IMG/VR virus record: IMGVR_UViG_3300046092_000062 | Coordinates: 62,001 to 126,000 of that record | Reading direction: 5' to 3' (one strand) | DNA: 64,000 nt | Shown: piece after piece, positions 15,995 to 26,563 of the stretch | Position numbering within the stretch: the first letter of the stretch is position 1 | How the letters are laid out: every line of letters begins with the position of its first letter | Program-made: the position numbers and the translations under genes | The notes under the pieces: generated by a model | What the model was told of the DNA's origin: nothing | Database searches by the model: none | The model's input: the letters and a program-made list of their open reading frames with translations, nothing else

Positions 15995-17026
15995 TTGTCA
16001 AAGACTGTACTTATTACCGGCGGAGCCGGTTTCATTGCTCACCACGTTATTGAGCGCATCCTAAAAACTACAGATTGGAATATTGTTAGCTTAGATCGCT
16101 TAGACTATTCGGGCAATCTAAACCGTCTACATGACATGATGGAAGAGATTGCGCCAGAACAGCGCAAACGCCTACGCATTGTATGGCACGATCTCAAAGC
16201 AGAGATCAATCCACTGACTACCAGCATGATTGGTGATGTGAACATTGTGCTGCACTTGGCTGCTGGTTCGCACGTGGATCGTTCTATCGAATTCCCAATG
16301 GAGTTTGTAATGGATAACGTTGTAGGCACAACCAATCTCTTGCAGTATGCTCGTACTCTTCCGAACCTTGACCGCTTTGTTTACTTCTCGACAGACGAAG
16401 TGTTTGGTCCAGCACCCAATGGTGTTAGCTACAAAGAATACGATCGCTACAATAGCACGAACCCTTATTCAGCAAGTAAGGCAGCAGCAGAAGAAATTTG
16501 CGTTGCATTTGAAAACACTTACAAACTTCCTATCGTAGTTACACACACTATGAACGTGTTTGGTGAACGTCAGCACCCTGAGAAGTTTATCCCAATGGTA
16601 ATCCAGAAAGCCCGTGATGGCGAAGTGGTAACAGTTCATAGCGATCCAAGCAAGACCATTGCAGGTTCACGTCACTATATCCATGCTAAGGATGTAGCAG
16701 ATGGATTGATGTTTATCCTTGAAAATCTCAAAGACTATAAGCACACAGGTGATTACGGTGGTGCCAAGTGCCCTAAGTTTAACCTTGTTGGTCCAGAAGA
16801 AATTGACAACCTTACACTTGCTAAAATGATTGCAGCAGCAGTTGGCAAAGAGTTGGTATACGAAATGACAGACTTCCACAGCAGCCGTCCTGGTCACGAT
16901 CTACGTTATGCGCTCGATGGTGGCTTGCTAGCTGAACTAGGATGGACTCCTAAAATCAAACTTAGCGAACGTGTTAAGGAAGTGGTTGAATGGACACTAG
17001 CTAATAACCGTTGGTTGCGTAAATGA
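15995..17026 (+). CDS. rfbB: dTDP-glucose 4,6-dehydratase-like NAD-dependent epimerase/dehydratase
   Basis: TGGAGFI, STDEVFG, YSASK; probable TTG start at 15995. Confidence 0.88.
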   Translation: MSKTVLITGGAGFIAHHVIERILKTTDWNIVSLDRLDYSGNLNRLHDMMEEIAPEQRKRLRIVWHDLKAEINPLTTSMIGDVNIVLHLAAGSHVDRSIEFPMEFVMDNVVGTTNLLQYARTLPNLDRFVYFSTDEVFGPAPNGVSYKEYDRYNSTNPYSASKAAAEEICVAFENTYKLPIVVTHTMNVFGERQHPEKFIPMVIQKARDGEVVTVHSDPSKTIAGSRHYIHAKDVADGLMFILENLKDYKHTGDYGGAKCPKFNLVGPEEIDNLTLAKMIAAAVGKELVYEMTDFHSSRPGHDLRYALDGGLLAELGWTPKIKLSERVKEVVEWTLANNRWLRK

Positions 17027-17733
17027 AACATTGCTTTATTGTAACTAGTGCAGTTAATAGCCGCTTTGGGGTATATTCCCCAATTGAGCGGCTAGAGCAA
17101 ACAGTGACTACCGTTGCTAGTATTCGCAAGCATGTGCCGGATGCTAAGATTGTTATTATGGAAGTGACAGGGGTTCCTGTCACAGCAGAACAGACTGCAA
17201 TCTTGTCTAGTGTATGCGATGTGTTCTTGGACTTTACAGACGAAGCAGAAGTGCAAAAACTTTATCACAGTACAGACAACTGGGATGTGGTAAAGAATGG
17301 CACTGAGATCATGTGCTTTGGCCAAGCACTGAAATTGCTTAAAGAAGACGGCGAGTTTGTGGGCATCGATCGTATTCACAAGATGTCAGGTCGTTACGTA
17401 ATTAATGACTTGTTTGATCCTGAGCTATACGAAACTGAAGCAGACAAAATCATTATCGGGCGTAAGCATAAGAGTCAATTCCCTGTTGAGGTAACGCAGC
17501 AGTCTTGGCAATACATGGCACGACTATGGTCATGGCCTATTGCACTACTAGACGAAGTCATTGAGGTATACGACAACAGTTTCGCACACTTCAACGAACG
17601 AGTTACAAATGGAGGCTACACGGACATTGAGCATGTGCTTGCTAAATTCCTTAACCCTGCTCATGTAGTTGAAGTAGATCAAGTTGGCGTAGAAGGGGCC
17701 ATTGCACCTAACGGTTCATATATTAAAAACTAA
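17023..17733 (+). CDS. hypothetical, glycosyltransferase-like
   Basis: Operon context, ATGA coupling, HKMSGRY segment. Confidence 0.5.
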   Translation: MKHCFIVTSAVNSRFGVYSPIERLEQTVTTVASIRKHVPDAKIVIMEVTGVPVTAEQTAILSSVCDVFLDFTDEAEVQKLYHSTDNWDVVKNGTEIMCFGQALKLLKEDGEFVGIDRIHKMSGRYVINDLFDPELYETEADKIIIGRKHKSQFPVEVTQQSWQYMARLWSWPIALLDEVIEVYDNSFAHFNERVTNGGYTDIEHVLAKFLNPAHVVEVDQVGVEGAIAPNGSYIKN

Positions 17734-18512
17734 TGATAAACAACCACAACTGGAATCAAATCCAGCAAGACTTTTTACAAGCCAAGCCATTTAATTATGT
17801 AGTAATTGACAATTTCTTCACAGACGCGGTCGCTGCACAGCTAGTTGCAGATTTCCCGTCGTACGACAACACAGTTTGGAATGCACACTATCACAATGCA
17901 CTAGAAGATAAGAAAGCATGTAATCGCTGGGATAACTTTCCTGCAACCACATACAAGGCATTTTCTTATTTGACAGGAGCAACATTTACATCACACATGC
18001 AACACCTATTAGGTGATGCCGATCTTGCAGCCGATGTTGGACTGCATGGTGGTGGATGGCACGCTCACACTAAAGGCGGGAAGAACAACATCCACTTGGA
18101 TTACAGTATTCATCCCAAATTGGAATTGCAACGCAAGCTCAACATTATCATTTACATCAGTCCTGAATGGGATACTGCATGGGGCGGCGGCCTAGAGATT
18201 TGGGATCACAACGAAGAAACAGGCGGCCCCGGGCAATGTGTGACTACTGTTGAAAATCGTTTTAACAGAGCAGTAATTTTTGATACTACACAAAATTCAT
18301 GGCACGGCCTGCCTAAGGAACTCAACTGCCCAGACGGCAGTGTTCGTCGTAGCCTAGCAGTGTATTATGTCACTGATCCAGCAACAAACGCAGATCCACG
18401 CGGTAAAGCATTATTTGCACCATACGGCGACCAAGCAAACGATCCAGACGTGATCGAACTAATTAAAAAACGTAGCAACGTTACAAACGCACCCGGAGTT
18501 TACAAAGCATGA
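17733..18512 (+). CDS. 2OG-Fe(II) oxygenase
   Basis: IHLD...SWHG...R facial triad; FNRAVIF. Confidence 0.82.
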   Translation: MINNHNWNQIQQDFLQAKPFNYVVIDNFFTDAVAAQLVADFPSYDNTVWNAHYHNALEDKKACNRWDNFPATTYKAFSYLTGATFTSHMQHLLGDADLAADVGLHGGGWHAHTKGGKNNIHLDYSIHPKLELQRKLNIIIYISPEWDTAWGGGLEIWDHNEETGGPGQCVTTVENRFNRAVIFDTTQNSWHGLPKELNCPDGSVRRSLAVYYVTDPATNADPRGKALFAPYGDQANDPDVIELIKKRSNVTNAPGVYKA

Positions 18513-19231
18513 TTAAATTTTATTTACACGTACCAGAGTTAACTGGTTGGCAATCAGTTCTAGTTGAGATGCTAGAGAAAATGGACAACAGCGGCCTAAT
18601 CAATCGCGCAGACGAAATCATCTTCTGCTTAAATGGTGTTAAGAGCAATATGGAAATGTTCCTGTTGCCCATCCTTAAATCTAATCCTAAATTTACAGCA
18701 GTGCAAGTCCATGGCGATGCTACTAAGTGGGAATGGCCTACTATTAACAAAATCAAGCAGGATGCTGATTCTAGCGAAGATGAGTACACAATTGGTTACG
18801 CACACCTTAAAGGGCTCAGCAGAGAAAATGTTGCAGACCAAAAGGCCGCAGATTGGCGCAACTATCTAACATACTGGACAATCGAGCAATGGGAAAAATC
18901 TCTCGAAGAATTGTCTAAAGGGGTTGAAGTAGTTGGAGTCAACTGGTTGGATCATCCGTTCCCTCATTTCTCAGGAAACTTTTGGTGGACAAATAATAAC
19001 TACATCCGACGCTTGCGTAAACTGTCAGACCCTGCTACAATTGAGTGGGGCAAGGAAAGTTTATACTTGCCGGGAGTTAAACTAGATCCGGGTAACTTTA
19101 GATTTGAGCATGAGGCATGGATCGGCAGCGGAAAACCTCTGCAAACAAACATGCACTCAAGTCATGTTAAAGGAGACCCTAGCTTCCACTACAACAACGA
19201 ATATCCTTCTTCTAACTACAGAACTGAATAA
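18509..19231 (+). CDS. hypothetical, glycosyltransferase-like
   Basis: YAHLKG and HFSGNFWW motifs; operon context. Confidence 0.5.
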   Translation: MIKFYLHVPELTGWQSVLVEMLEKMDNSGLINRADEIIFCLNGVKSNMEMFLLPILKSNPKFTAVQVHGDATKWEWPTINKIKQDADSSEDEYTIGYAHLKGLSRENVADQKAADWRNYLTYWTIEQWEKSLEELSKGVEVVGVNWLDHPFPHFSGNFWWTNNNYIRRLRKLSDPATIEWGKESLYLPGVKLDPGNFRFEHEAWIGSGKPLQTNMHSSHVKGDPSFHYNNEYPSSNYRTE

Positions 19232-20457
19232 TGACATCTTGCAAATCAATTGACGCCTGCCTTGCTTGTGGTAGCAGCCACTTAACTCTTGAACTAGACT
19301 TAGGCAACCAAGCCCTTGCCAATGCTTGTATTTCGGACTTACAAGGTGACGAACTAAAGTTCCCGTTGGCCGTTAACAGATGCGAGCACTGCAATCATTT
19401 GCAATTGACTCACGCAGTTGACCCTGCACTGATTTACACTCACTACCTCTACGTAAGTGGTACAAGTAAAACAGGGCGTGATCACTTTGAGTGGTTCTCT
19501 AAGTTTGCAGTTGAGTACATGGGCAACTATCCAATGACAGTATTGGACATTGGTTGCAACGACGGTACACAATTAGATTACTTCAAACAGTTGGGATTGA
19601 GAACCACTGGTGTTGACCCTGCTGAAAACCTGTACCCGGTTAGCAGCAAGAATCACAATATCTACTGTGACTTCTTTAGCTCAACGTTAACTGAACAACT
19701 AGCCAAGGACGAAATATTCTTTGACATCATTACAGCGCAGAACAGCTTTGCTCACAATCCGGATCCACTGACTTACATGAAGAACATCAAGAGATTGATG
19801 CGTAATGGTAGCAAGTTCTTTATTCAAACAAGCCAAGCTGACATGGTCGTAAACAACGAGTTTGATACTATCTATCACGAGCATGTAAACTTCTACAACA
19901 TCAACAGCATGAATGAGTTGTGCAAACGTGCTGGATTGTATCTAGAGGATGTGGTCAAGTGCCCTATCCATGGCACAAGCTATATCTTTATTGTTAGCAA
20001 AGACAAACAACGTCCCGAACACATCAAGAACTTGATTGCAAGCGAAGCTAGTAAAGGACTGCTAACAGCAGACACTTACGACCGTTGGGCATTTAATGCC
20101 AAAGAGTTAGTAGAGGAATTGGTTGGTAGTGTTGAAGTATACGTAGAAAAGTACGGCTATAGAGCCATTGGTTATGGCGCGGCAGCTAAAGGCAATACTC
20201 TGCTACAGTTTAGTGGACTCAAGCTGGAAGCCATTATTGATGACAATCCTCTGAAGCAAGGTCTGTACAGCCCTGGTGCAAATATTCCTATTGTGCCAAT
20301 TGACTATTTGGATCAGTTCGGCGAGGATGATACAATTATCTTCATTCCACTGGCATGGAATTTCTACGAAGAGATTCGTACCCGTATTCAACAGAAGCGT
20401 AACTATCGCGGTGATCGTTATGTTAAGTATTTCCCTAAAGTAGAGATAGAACAATGA
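19231..20457 (+). CDS. NDP-sugar C-methyltransferase-type class I SAM methyltransferase
   Basis: N-terminal CxxC...CxxC, LDIGCNDG, IYHEH, GYGAAAKG. Confidence 0.85.
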   Translation: MTSCKSIDACLACGSSHLTLELDLGNQALANACISDLQGDELKFPLAVNRCEHCNHLQLTHAVDPALIYTHYLYVSGTSKTGRDHFEWFSKFAVEYMGNYPMTVLDIGCNDGTQLDYFKQLGLRTTGVDPAENLYPVSSKNHNIYCDFFSSTLTEQLAKDEIFFDIITAQNSFAHNPDPLTYMKNIKRLMRNGSKFFIQTSQADMVVNNEFDTIYHEHVNFYNINSMNELCKRAGLYLEDVVKCPIHGTSYIFIVSKDKQRPEHIKNLIASEASKGLLTADTYDRWAFNAKELVEELVGSVEVYVEKYGYRAIGYGAAAKGNTLLQFSGLKLEAIIDDNPLKQGLYSPGANIPIVPIDYLDQFGEDDTIIFIPLAWNFYEEIRTRIQQKRNYRGDRYVKYFPKVEIEQ

Positions 20458-21341
20458 AACTAGAAGTACCAATTGGAATCCTACTTCGACGCCGTGCTGC
20501 ACTTGGTGATGTGATTATTACCACAGGCGTTGTGCGTGAACTAAAAAACATGTACGGTGACAACTGTGTAATCGATGTGCATACTGAGTATCCGCAAGTG
20601 TTTAAACATAATCCTCATGTGCGTAATGTGATTCACACAGACACCGAAGTTGATGCAGCGGCATACGATGTGTTCTATAACTTAGATGACACATACGAGT
20701 ATAACCCAGATGGGCACTTTGTTGACAATTACTTCTATCGGGTTTTTGGTAACACAAATATGGACAAGAGCATGGAATTGTTTATTGGTAATGCGCAAGT
20801 CGCAGAAGTTGATAAACTAGTTGCATCAATCAACAGTCCGTTTGTGGTAATTCATATGCGCCGCTGGCACTGGGAATTGAAAAATATTGCAGTAGAAGTT
20901 TGGATAGACGTTATTAACAAAATCCTTGCAGCAGATCCTTCTGTTAAGATTGTGTGTACAGGCGGCCCAACGGATTATGCACCCGAAGGTAATCCTAGAG
21001 TAATTGACGCTAGAGGCCTTGACGCAGGATCAACTTGCTACTTAATGGATAGTGCTAAGTGCTTTGTGGGCATTGACTCGGCGCCATTTCACATTGCTGG
21101 AGCAAGTGAAACTCACATTGTGGCATTACTGAGCCACATGTATCCAGACCGTGTGTTGCCATTCCGTAATGGAGTGATGGGCGATAACTGCACAGTCATT
21201 CAAGCCAGTGTGCCCTGCGTTGGATGCCATGCTAGACAGCAACGCCCAGTTCGACAAATTGTATGCGAACGCAGCGACTACGCTTGTAATAAGTCATGGG
21301 ATATTGCTGCAATTGTAGACGCAGTAGTTAAACAATTATGA
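20454..21341 (+). CDS. glycosyltransferase family 9 (heptosyltransferase-like)
   Basis: RAALGDVI, FVGIDSAPFHIAGA. Confidence 0.82.
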   Translation: MKLEVPIGILLRRRAALGDVIITTGVVRELKNMYGDNCVIDVHTEYPQVFKHNPHVRNVIHTDTEVDAAAYDVFYNLDDTYEYNPDGHFVDNYFYRVFGNTNMDKSMELFIGNAQVAEVDKLVASINSPFVVIHMRRWHWELKNIAVEVWIDVINKILAADPSVKIVCTGGPTDYAPEGNPRVIDARGLDAGSTCYLMDSAKCFVGIDSAPFHIAGASETHIVALLSHMYPDRVLPFRNGVMGDNCTVIQASVPCVGCHARQQRPVRQIVCERSDYACNKSWDIAAIVDAVVKQL

Positions 21342-21712
21342 TCGTGTCTATTCCAGTAAGCATTGGGGAATTGTTTGATAAGATAACAATTCTCCAGATC
21401 AAAAGTGAGCGTATCAAGGATGCAACTAAGTTGGAAAATGTTAAGACCGAACTGTATCATCTCTATGTATCGCTAAATGAATTATCACTGCCCGACGTAG
21501 ATAGTTATGTGGCTGAACTAAAAGCCATTAATAGCGAACTGTGGGACATTGAAGACTTTAAACGTGCATGTGAAAAGAAGCAATCGTTTGACGCCGAGTT
21601 TATTGAAGCAGCAAGACAAGTATATCTTAAAAACGATAAACGGGCAGCTATTAAGAAAGCAATCAACGACATCTGCGGCAGCACTATTACTGAAGAAAAG
21701 AGTTATGAGTAA
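21338..21712 (+). CDS. DUF6165-like protein
   Basis: PVSIGELFDKITILQIK...LWDIED...VYLKNDKRA. Confidence 0.7.
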   Translation: MIVSIPVSIGELFDKITILQIKSERIKDATKLENVKTELYHLYVSLNELSLPDVDSYVAELKAINSELWDIEDFKRACEKKQSFDAEFIEAARQVYLKNDKRAAIKKAINDICGSTITEEKSYE

Positions 21713-22532
21713 AAGCATTACGTTAGTCACTGTAGAAACCATGTACCACAACTTAGCTCGTCGTGCATTAGAAGAAACACTCAAACACATTGACGTTAAA
21801 GAAGTTGTGGTATTCAGTGACAAAGAGATCCTACCTGGTAGCACAACAGTGCTTACCAAGCCCATCAAGAGCTTTAGGGACTACAACGAGATTATGCTTA
21901 AAAACATGTGGCCGTTTATTGACACTGACCATATCTTGTTTGCACAGTGGGATGCAATGGCATACGATGGTACCAAGTGGACTGATCAGTTTCTCGAGTA
22001 TGATTACATTGGTGCAGTTTGGCCATGGGCACCCGAAGGCCAAAACATGGGCAACGGTGGGTTCTCTCTACGTTCACGTAAGCTGTTATTGGCTTGTAAA
22101 GATCCTGCAATTCAGTTGCATGAAAAACGTAAGTTCATTGAGGAAGACGCAGTCCAGTGCGTTGACCATAGGCAGCTCTTAGAGAGCAAGTACGGTATTA
22201 AATTTGCGCCAACTGCCTTAGCACAACAGTTTAGTCACGAGATACAAGAAGGCTCATATGAATACAAACCAGGATTTGGATTTCACGGACAATGGAATGT
22301 GGTTAAGTTAGCTGACTTGGACGTAGTTGATTACTTTATTCCTAGGATGGACTACAAAGGTTGGAACATACATAAATGGCATCATTTCTTGTACGAGCTA
22401 GGCGAACGAGCAGAAGCGCACTACCATATGCCGTTTGTGATGCAGCAGATTACACAACACAGTCCTGAGCTGGTGCTCCCGGTAATGGAATGGCTTGCGA
22501 GACACAGCGAATTCTGGGCCGCAGCAACGTAA
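21705..22532 (+). CDS. DUF5672-like glycosyltransferase
   Basis: QWD...YDYIGAVW...GNGGFSLRS; start moved to ATG 21705. Confidence 0.72.
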   Translation: MSKSITLVTVETMYHNLARRALEETLKHIDVKEVVVFSDKEILPGSTTVLTKPIKSFRDYNEIMLKNMWPFIDTDHILFAQWDAMAYDGTKWTDQFLEYDYIGAVWPWAPEGQNMGNGGFSLRSRKLLLACKDPAIQLHEKRKFIEEDAVQCVDHRQLLESKYGIKFAPTALAQQFSHEIQEGSYEYKPGFGFHGQWNVVKLADLDVVDYFIPRMDYKGWNIHKWHHFLYELGERAEAHYHMPFVMQQITQHSPELVLPVMEWLARHSEFWAAAT

Positions 22533-22538
22533 TTTTGG

Positions 22539-22567
22539 TTGCCCAATAAAGGCCCTTTTGCTATAAT
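22539..22567 (+). promoter_or_regulatory. sigma70-type early promoter
   Basis: TTGCCC-17-TATAAT. Confidence 0.7.
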
Positions 22568-22597
22568 ACACGTATTGCAGCAAACAGGGCTTTTTCA

Positions 22598-22747
22598 ATG
22601 AAGTACACGCTAATCACTAGCAAGGGCAAAGTTTACACTTTCTTCTTGAAATCTGTTGCAGACACGTACCAGCAAGCGTATGGCGGTGTTGTTTTTACAC
22701 AACAAGTATTAGACTCAATTTGCCCAAAAATGGCAGAAGCAGTATAA
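22598..22747 (+). CDS. small hypothetical protein (49 aa)
   Basis: MKYTLITSKGKVYTFF...; directly downstream of promoter. Confidence 0.5.
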   Translation: MKYTLITSKGKVYTFFLKSVADTYQQAYGGVVFTQQVLDSICPKMAEAV

Positions 22748-22748
22748 T
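22720..22748 (+). promoter_or_regulatory. sigma70-type early promoter
   Basis: TTGCCC-aaAAATG..-TATAAT, 17-nt spacer. Confidence 0.7.
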
Positions 22749-22778
22749 AGATACATAGCAAGCAAAAAGGAACATACC

Positions 22779-23060
22779 ATGAAGCAAGATTACACTGTGC
22801 GCATCTTTAAACTTGATGGTCGTTGTGCCCGTGGCGAACGCCTTGTGTCAACTACAGTATGGGCAGACCGTACTGAAACTGGTATTAAGCGCGAGTGCCG
22901 AGAGCTCGAAGCTATGTGGCCAAAGAGCAAAGGCTATCGTGTAATTTACTATGCTACCATGAAAACCGTGAAAAACCTTATGACTGGTAAGGATATTCAA
23001 ATTAACGCAGACACCCCATGGTGCTGCAACCCTGCTAGCGAAACTTATTGGAGCATGTAA
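22779..23060 (+). CDS. hypothetical protein
   Basis: 93 aa, AAGGA RBS. Confidence 0.7.
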   Translation: MKQDYTVRIFKLDGRCARGERLVSTTVWADRTETGIKRECRELEAMWPKSKGYRVIYYATMKTVKNLMTGKDIQINADTPWCCNPASETYWSM

Positions 23061-23066
23061 TTTCGG

Positions 23067-23095
23067 TTGACCCGAAATGAAATCCATCGTATAAT
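23067..23095 (+). promoter_or_regulatory. sigma70-type early promoter
   Basis: TTGACC-cgAAATG..-TATAAT, 17-nt spacer. Confidence 0.78.
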
Positions 23096-23124
23096 ACATA
23101 CTTAAACAGCAAAAAGGAAAAAGC

Positions 23125-24153
23125 ATGTCAAACAGTTTTGTTCGTATCCGCAGCGGCGCCTATCGTACTACTGATGTCTCGGGTCAAACATTCGAGCTTG
23201 TAGAACAGTTTAAGACCAGCGCCAAAGGTGGTTATGTGACTGTTAAAAATGGTGGTGCTTTTCCTGGCTTTCCGGAAGATATCCGTGTTAAGGTTACTGG
23301 CCCGTTTGATTACGAGTTTGTGACTGAAGGTGATGCAGGCGTTGCCGCAGTGCAAGCCCATGCAGAGGTCGTTGTAGAGTCTGATGAGGAAGCAATTGCA
23401 CGTATCCGTGAGCGCTTTGAAATCTTGCATGAGATGACTAAGGCTGCAACCAACGGCGACATTCGTGCTATGATTGTTAGCGGCCCTCCTGGTGTGGGTA
23501 AGAGCTACGGTGTTGAGCAAGAAATTGAAAAGGCAACACTGCTGGATCAAATTGCAGGCAATCGTCTCCGTGCAGAAGTTGTTAAGGGTAGTGCTACCCC
23601 AATTGGCTTGTACCAAACCCTGTACAAGTACAGTGACGCAAATTGTGTGCTGGTGTTTGATGACTGTGACGGCATCTTGCTTGATGACGTGTCGCTTAAC
23701 TTGCTGAAGGGTGCGTTGGACTCAGGCAAGAAGCGTAAGATTTCTTGGTTGAGCGAGTCAAGTGCTCTGCGCCGCGAAGGCATCCCAGACAGCTTTAACT
23801 TTAACGGTAGTGTGATCTTTATCACTAACTTGAAGTTTGACACTATGAAGAGCCAGAAGCTCCGTGATCACCTTGATGCACTGCAATCACGCTGTCACTA
23901 CCTGGACTTGACCTTGGACACTATGCGTGACAAGATGCTCCGTATCCGTCAAATCGCAGCAGACGGCGAGTTGTTTGCAGACTACGAGTTTGATCAGATT
24001 GCCCAAGATGAGATCATTGATTTCATGGACGCTAACAAGAACAAGTTGCGTGAAATGAGTTTGCGTATGGCTCTTAAGATTGCAGACTTGCGCAAGAGCT
24101 TTCCAAATAACTGGACTGCAATGGCTCGTACTACTTGCATGAAGCCTAACTAA
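23125..24153 (+). CDS. AAA+-type P-loop ATPase
   Basis: Walker A GPPGVGKS, Walker B VLVFDD, ITN, SRC. Confidence 0.85.
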   Translation: MSNSFVRIRSGAYRTTDVSGQTFELVEQFKTSAKGGYVTVKNGGAFPGFPEDIRVKVTGPFDYEFVTEGDAGVAAVQAHAEVVVESDEEAIARIRERFEILHEMTKAATNGDIRAMIVSGPPGVGKSYGVEQEIEKATLLDQIAGNRLRAEVVKGSATPIGLYQTLYKYSDANCVLVFDDCDGILLDDVSLNLLKGALDSGKKRKISWLSESSALRREGIPDSFNFNGSVIFITNLKFDTMKSQKLRDHLDALQSRCHYLDLTLDTMRDKMLRIRQIAADGELFADYEFDQIAQDEIIDFMDANKNKLREMSLRMALKIADLRKSFPNNWTAMARTTCMKPN

Positions 24154-24162
24154 GGAGTTATA

Positions 24163-24694
24163 ATGAGTAAAGACCTCGGGTGGATTGCAGTCATAGTGTT
24201 AGCTATTTGCGGACACCCGGGCTTTGCAGTGTTTTTGGCTTTTCTTTTATTGTTGTCTTAAGGATTTTTATGTATCAAATTTGGGATGGTGATTTGTTTT
24301 TGTTTAACGTGGAAACAGCAGACGAGGCTCTTGAGCAAAGCGAAGCTGGCTTCACAGTCGAACTAGAGGCATACTACGGTGCGTAATCTTGTTATTGCAC
24401 GTTTACACGAGTGTGCCCACAAAGGCATTATTTTTAACAGTGACGGTGAAGAGTTTCCTGTTGCAAAATTAGAGCAAATGTCTAATGCAGACTTGCTGGC
24501 ATTGTTTGAAGACCTAATCGGATTTAACGGATAACAACATGGATAAATTTGAACAAATTGGAAAGCTGGCTGAAGCGGCAATTCTTATTCAGGAAGTGAT
24601 TGCCCATGCACATCCTGATTTCCGTGCAGAACTGCAAACCATAGCCGACGATGTTGCTAACATTGCCGACGATATTGAATTGGAAGAAGAGTAA
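24163..24694 (+). CDS. run of four very small ORFs (24163-24261, 24270-24386, 24379-24534, 24539-24694)
   Basis: Tightly packed 32-51 aa ORFs translated by hand; RBS before the first. Confidence 0.45.
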
Positions 24695-24749
24695 CCCCGC
24701 AGTGTGCGTAGGGGCAATGTCAATAAGACCCCTCCGATAAGGAATTAAA

Positions 24750-24974
24750 ATGATTTTGTGGGACGCAGAAACAAGGTTGTATCTCTTTACAGAAAAAGAG
24801 TTTGAACAACTGCCCGACGGCATTGAGTTAGAGACAATCGGCGGTAAATTTAAAGTCAAAGGACAAGACACAATCGATCTCGACACACGTATGGGCTATT
24901 TGGCTTTTGGTGTGCGAAATCCATTTGAACACGAACACAAGGACCTGTTCCTCTTGTTCACATTAGCGGAGTAA
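24750..24974 (+). CDS. hypothetical protein
   Basis: 74 aa, AAGGA RBS. Confidence 0.65.
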   Translation: MILWDAETRLYLFTEKEFEQLPDGIELETIGGKFKVKGQDTIDLDTRMGYLAFGVRNPFEHEHKDLFLLFTLAE

Positions 24975-24977
24975 ACG

Positions 24978-25424
24978 ATGAAATCATGGGACGTTGATAA
25001 AGATGATGCTGAGTGGGGAGGGTTTGAACGTACCCCGCGTCAAACAAAGTTTGAAAAGTTTGCTGTTGAGGCAATGGAAGAACTTGAAGCAAATGGCATG
25101 GCCGATCTCTTGTTGCTCAAGAACGATAAATTGCGTGAGTGGTGGAAGGTGCACAAAGAAGAGGAAGCCAGGAAACTTGCAGCTCGTCTGGAAAAAGAAC
25201 GTGTTGCCCGAGTAAGGGAAGAAGCACTGGCCAAACTGTCCACAGAAGAGCGCAAGGTCTTGGGCATCTCCACTGGCACTCGCAGAACGCGGAACACAAA
25301 GTCGCCCTCTGAGATGTGGCAAGGAGTAATGCACAGCGATGGCAGATTAACTGTAGTCTCTGTAGACGATCTTGAGCAACGTTGGAGTGACTATTCTGAA
25401 AACGAGGATGATGAATTATCATGA
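24978..25424 (+). CDS. hypothetical protein
   Basis: 148 aa, GGAG RBS. Confidence 0.65.
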   Translation: MKSWDVDKDDAEWGGFERTPRQTKFEKFAVEAMEELEANGMADLLLLKNDKLREWWKVHKEEEARKLAARLEKERVARVREEALAKLSTEERKVLGISTGTRRTRNTKSPSEMWQGVMHSDGRLTVVSVDDLEQRWSDYSENEDDELS

Positions 25425-25657
25425 GTGAACGAGCAAGAGAATACTTCAAGACATACCCATGTCCAAATGAGCCTAAATACTTTACAGTATTTGGTTACTT
25501 GGTGTCTGTGAATTGGGCCAATGATTGCTGGACGCATATCACAGATCGTGAAAATGAAAAGACTGACTACTTGCACTTTGGTAAAGTGCGTAACATGAAG
25601 GGCCAGACCATGTATGAAATCGTCATCTGGCGCTTCTTAATGCTGTGGGGCAAATAA
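25421..25657 (+). CDS. hypothetical protein
   Basis: ATGA-coupled 78 aa. Confidence 0.6.
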   Translation: MSERAREYFKTYPCPNEPKYFTVFGYLVSVNWANDCWTHITDRENEKTDYLHFGKVRNMKGQTMYEIVIWRFLMLWGK

Positions 25658-25666
25658 GGAAACACT

Positions 25667-26191
25667 ATGAAAACAACTAAACAATGGCTCGAACAAATCA
25701 AAGCAGATCCAGTAAAACTCAAGCAGTGGCTTGAACGTCAATACATCGGCGAGTACTTAGCAGCAGAGCGCATTGCTGATCTTGCGCATGAACAACGTGC
25801 TACACGATTTGGTCGAGTGCTGGAAAACATTGCAATTGATGAACTTACACATTCCAAGTGGGTTGGCAAGTTGCTTACTGATCGCGGCATGACTTTGCCC
25901 GAGCCTACAATAAAGGACACACGTTATTGGGAACCAATCCTGAATAACTTGCACACCTTTGAAGAAATTGCGGGTGCAGGACACCACGCCGAAACCATGC
26001 GATTGCGTCGCATCCGTGCATTGGCAGCAGATGAAGAAATTGCACAAGACATTCGCGATGTGTTTGCAAAGATTCTGCCCGATGAAGAATTCCATGCCAA
26101 AGCGTTTGCAGCAATGAGCACAACAGATGCAATTGAAAGCACCCGTGAGCTGCACAACATGGGCCTGGAAATGCTGGGACTGGAAGTTTAA
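25667..26191 (+). CDS. ferritin-like di-iron protein
   Basis: E..(GEYLA)...DELTH...E...DEEFH paired ExxH motifs. Confidence 0.78.
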   Translation: MKTTKQWLEQIKADPVKLKQWLERQYIGEYLAAERIADLAHEQRATRFGRVLENIAIDELTHSKWVGKLLTDRGMTLPEPTIKDTRYWEPILNNLHTFEEIAGAGHHAETMRLRRIRALAADEEIAQDIRDVFAKILPDEEFHAKAFAAMSTTDAIESTRELHNMGLEMLGLEV

Positions 26192-26221
26192 AAAGTAGTA
26201 CTAGAGTATTACATATTTTGG

Positions 26222-26250
26222 TTGCTCAGAAATGGTCCTTTTGCTATAAT
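26222..26250 (+). promoter_or_regulatory. sigma70-type early promoter
   Basis: TTGCTC-agAAATG..-TATAAT, 17-nt spacer. Confidence 0.72.
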
Positions 26251-26275
26251 ATACACATAGCAAGAAGGGCCAGCA

Positions 26276-26563
26276 ATGCGTGTAGAAACCAAAGTTAAAA
26301 TCATTATTTGGACTGTAACATTAGTTACTACTTTTGTTGTAGGCTTCTTAATGCTGCTAATGATTAACGAAGCATTTGGCACAGAAACCCCAGTGGGCGA
26401 GCCCTATGTAGCTAGTTATAGTTACTGCGCCGTTACTACACACGGTGTTAAGGGTCAAAGCTGGTGTAGCCAGTACAAAACAGGTCACGAAATGCGCCAA
26501 AAAACCCACATAAAAGGCCTGTTTTTTGACGGTACAGGCGATCATTTGGTTGTCCAGAAATGA
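26276..26563 (+). CDS. hypothetical membrane protein
   Basis: N-terminal hydrophobic helix. Confidence 0.6.
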   Translation: MRVETKVKIIIWTVTLVTTFVVGFLMLLMINEAFGTETPVGEPYVASYSYCAVTTHGVKGQSWCSQYKTGHEMRQKTHIKGLFFDGTGDHLVVQK

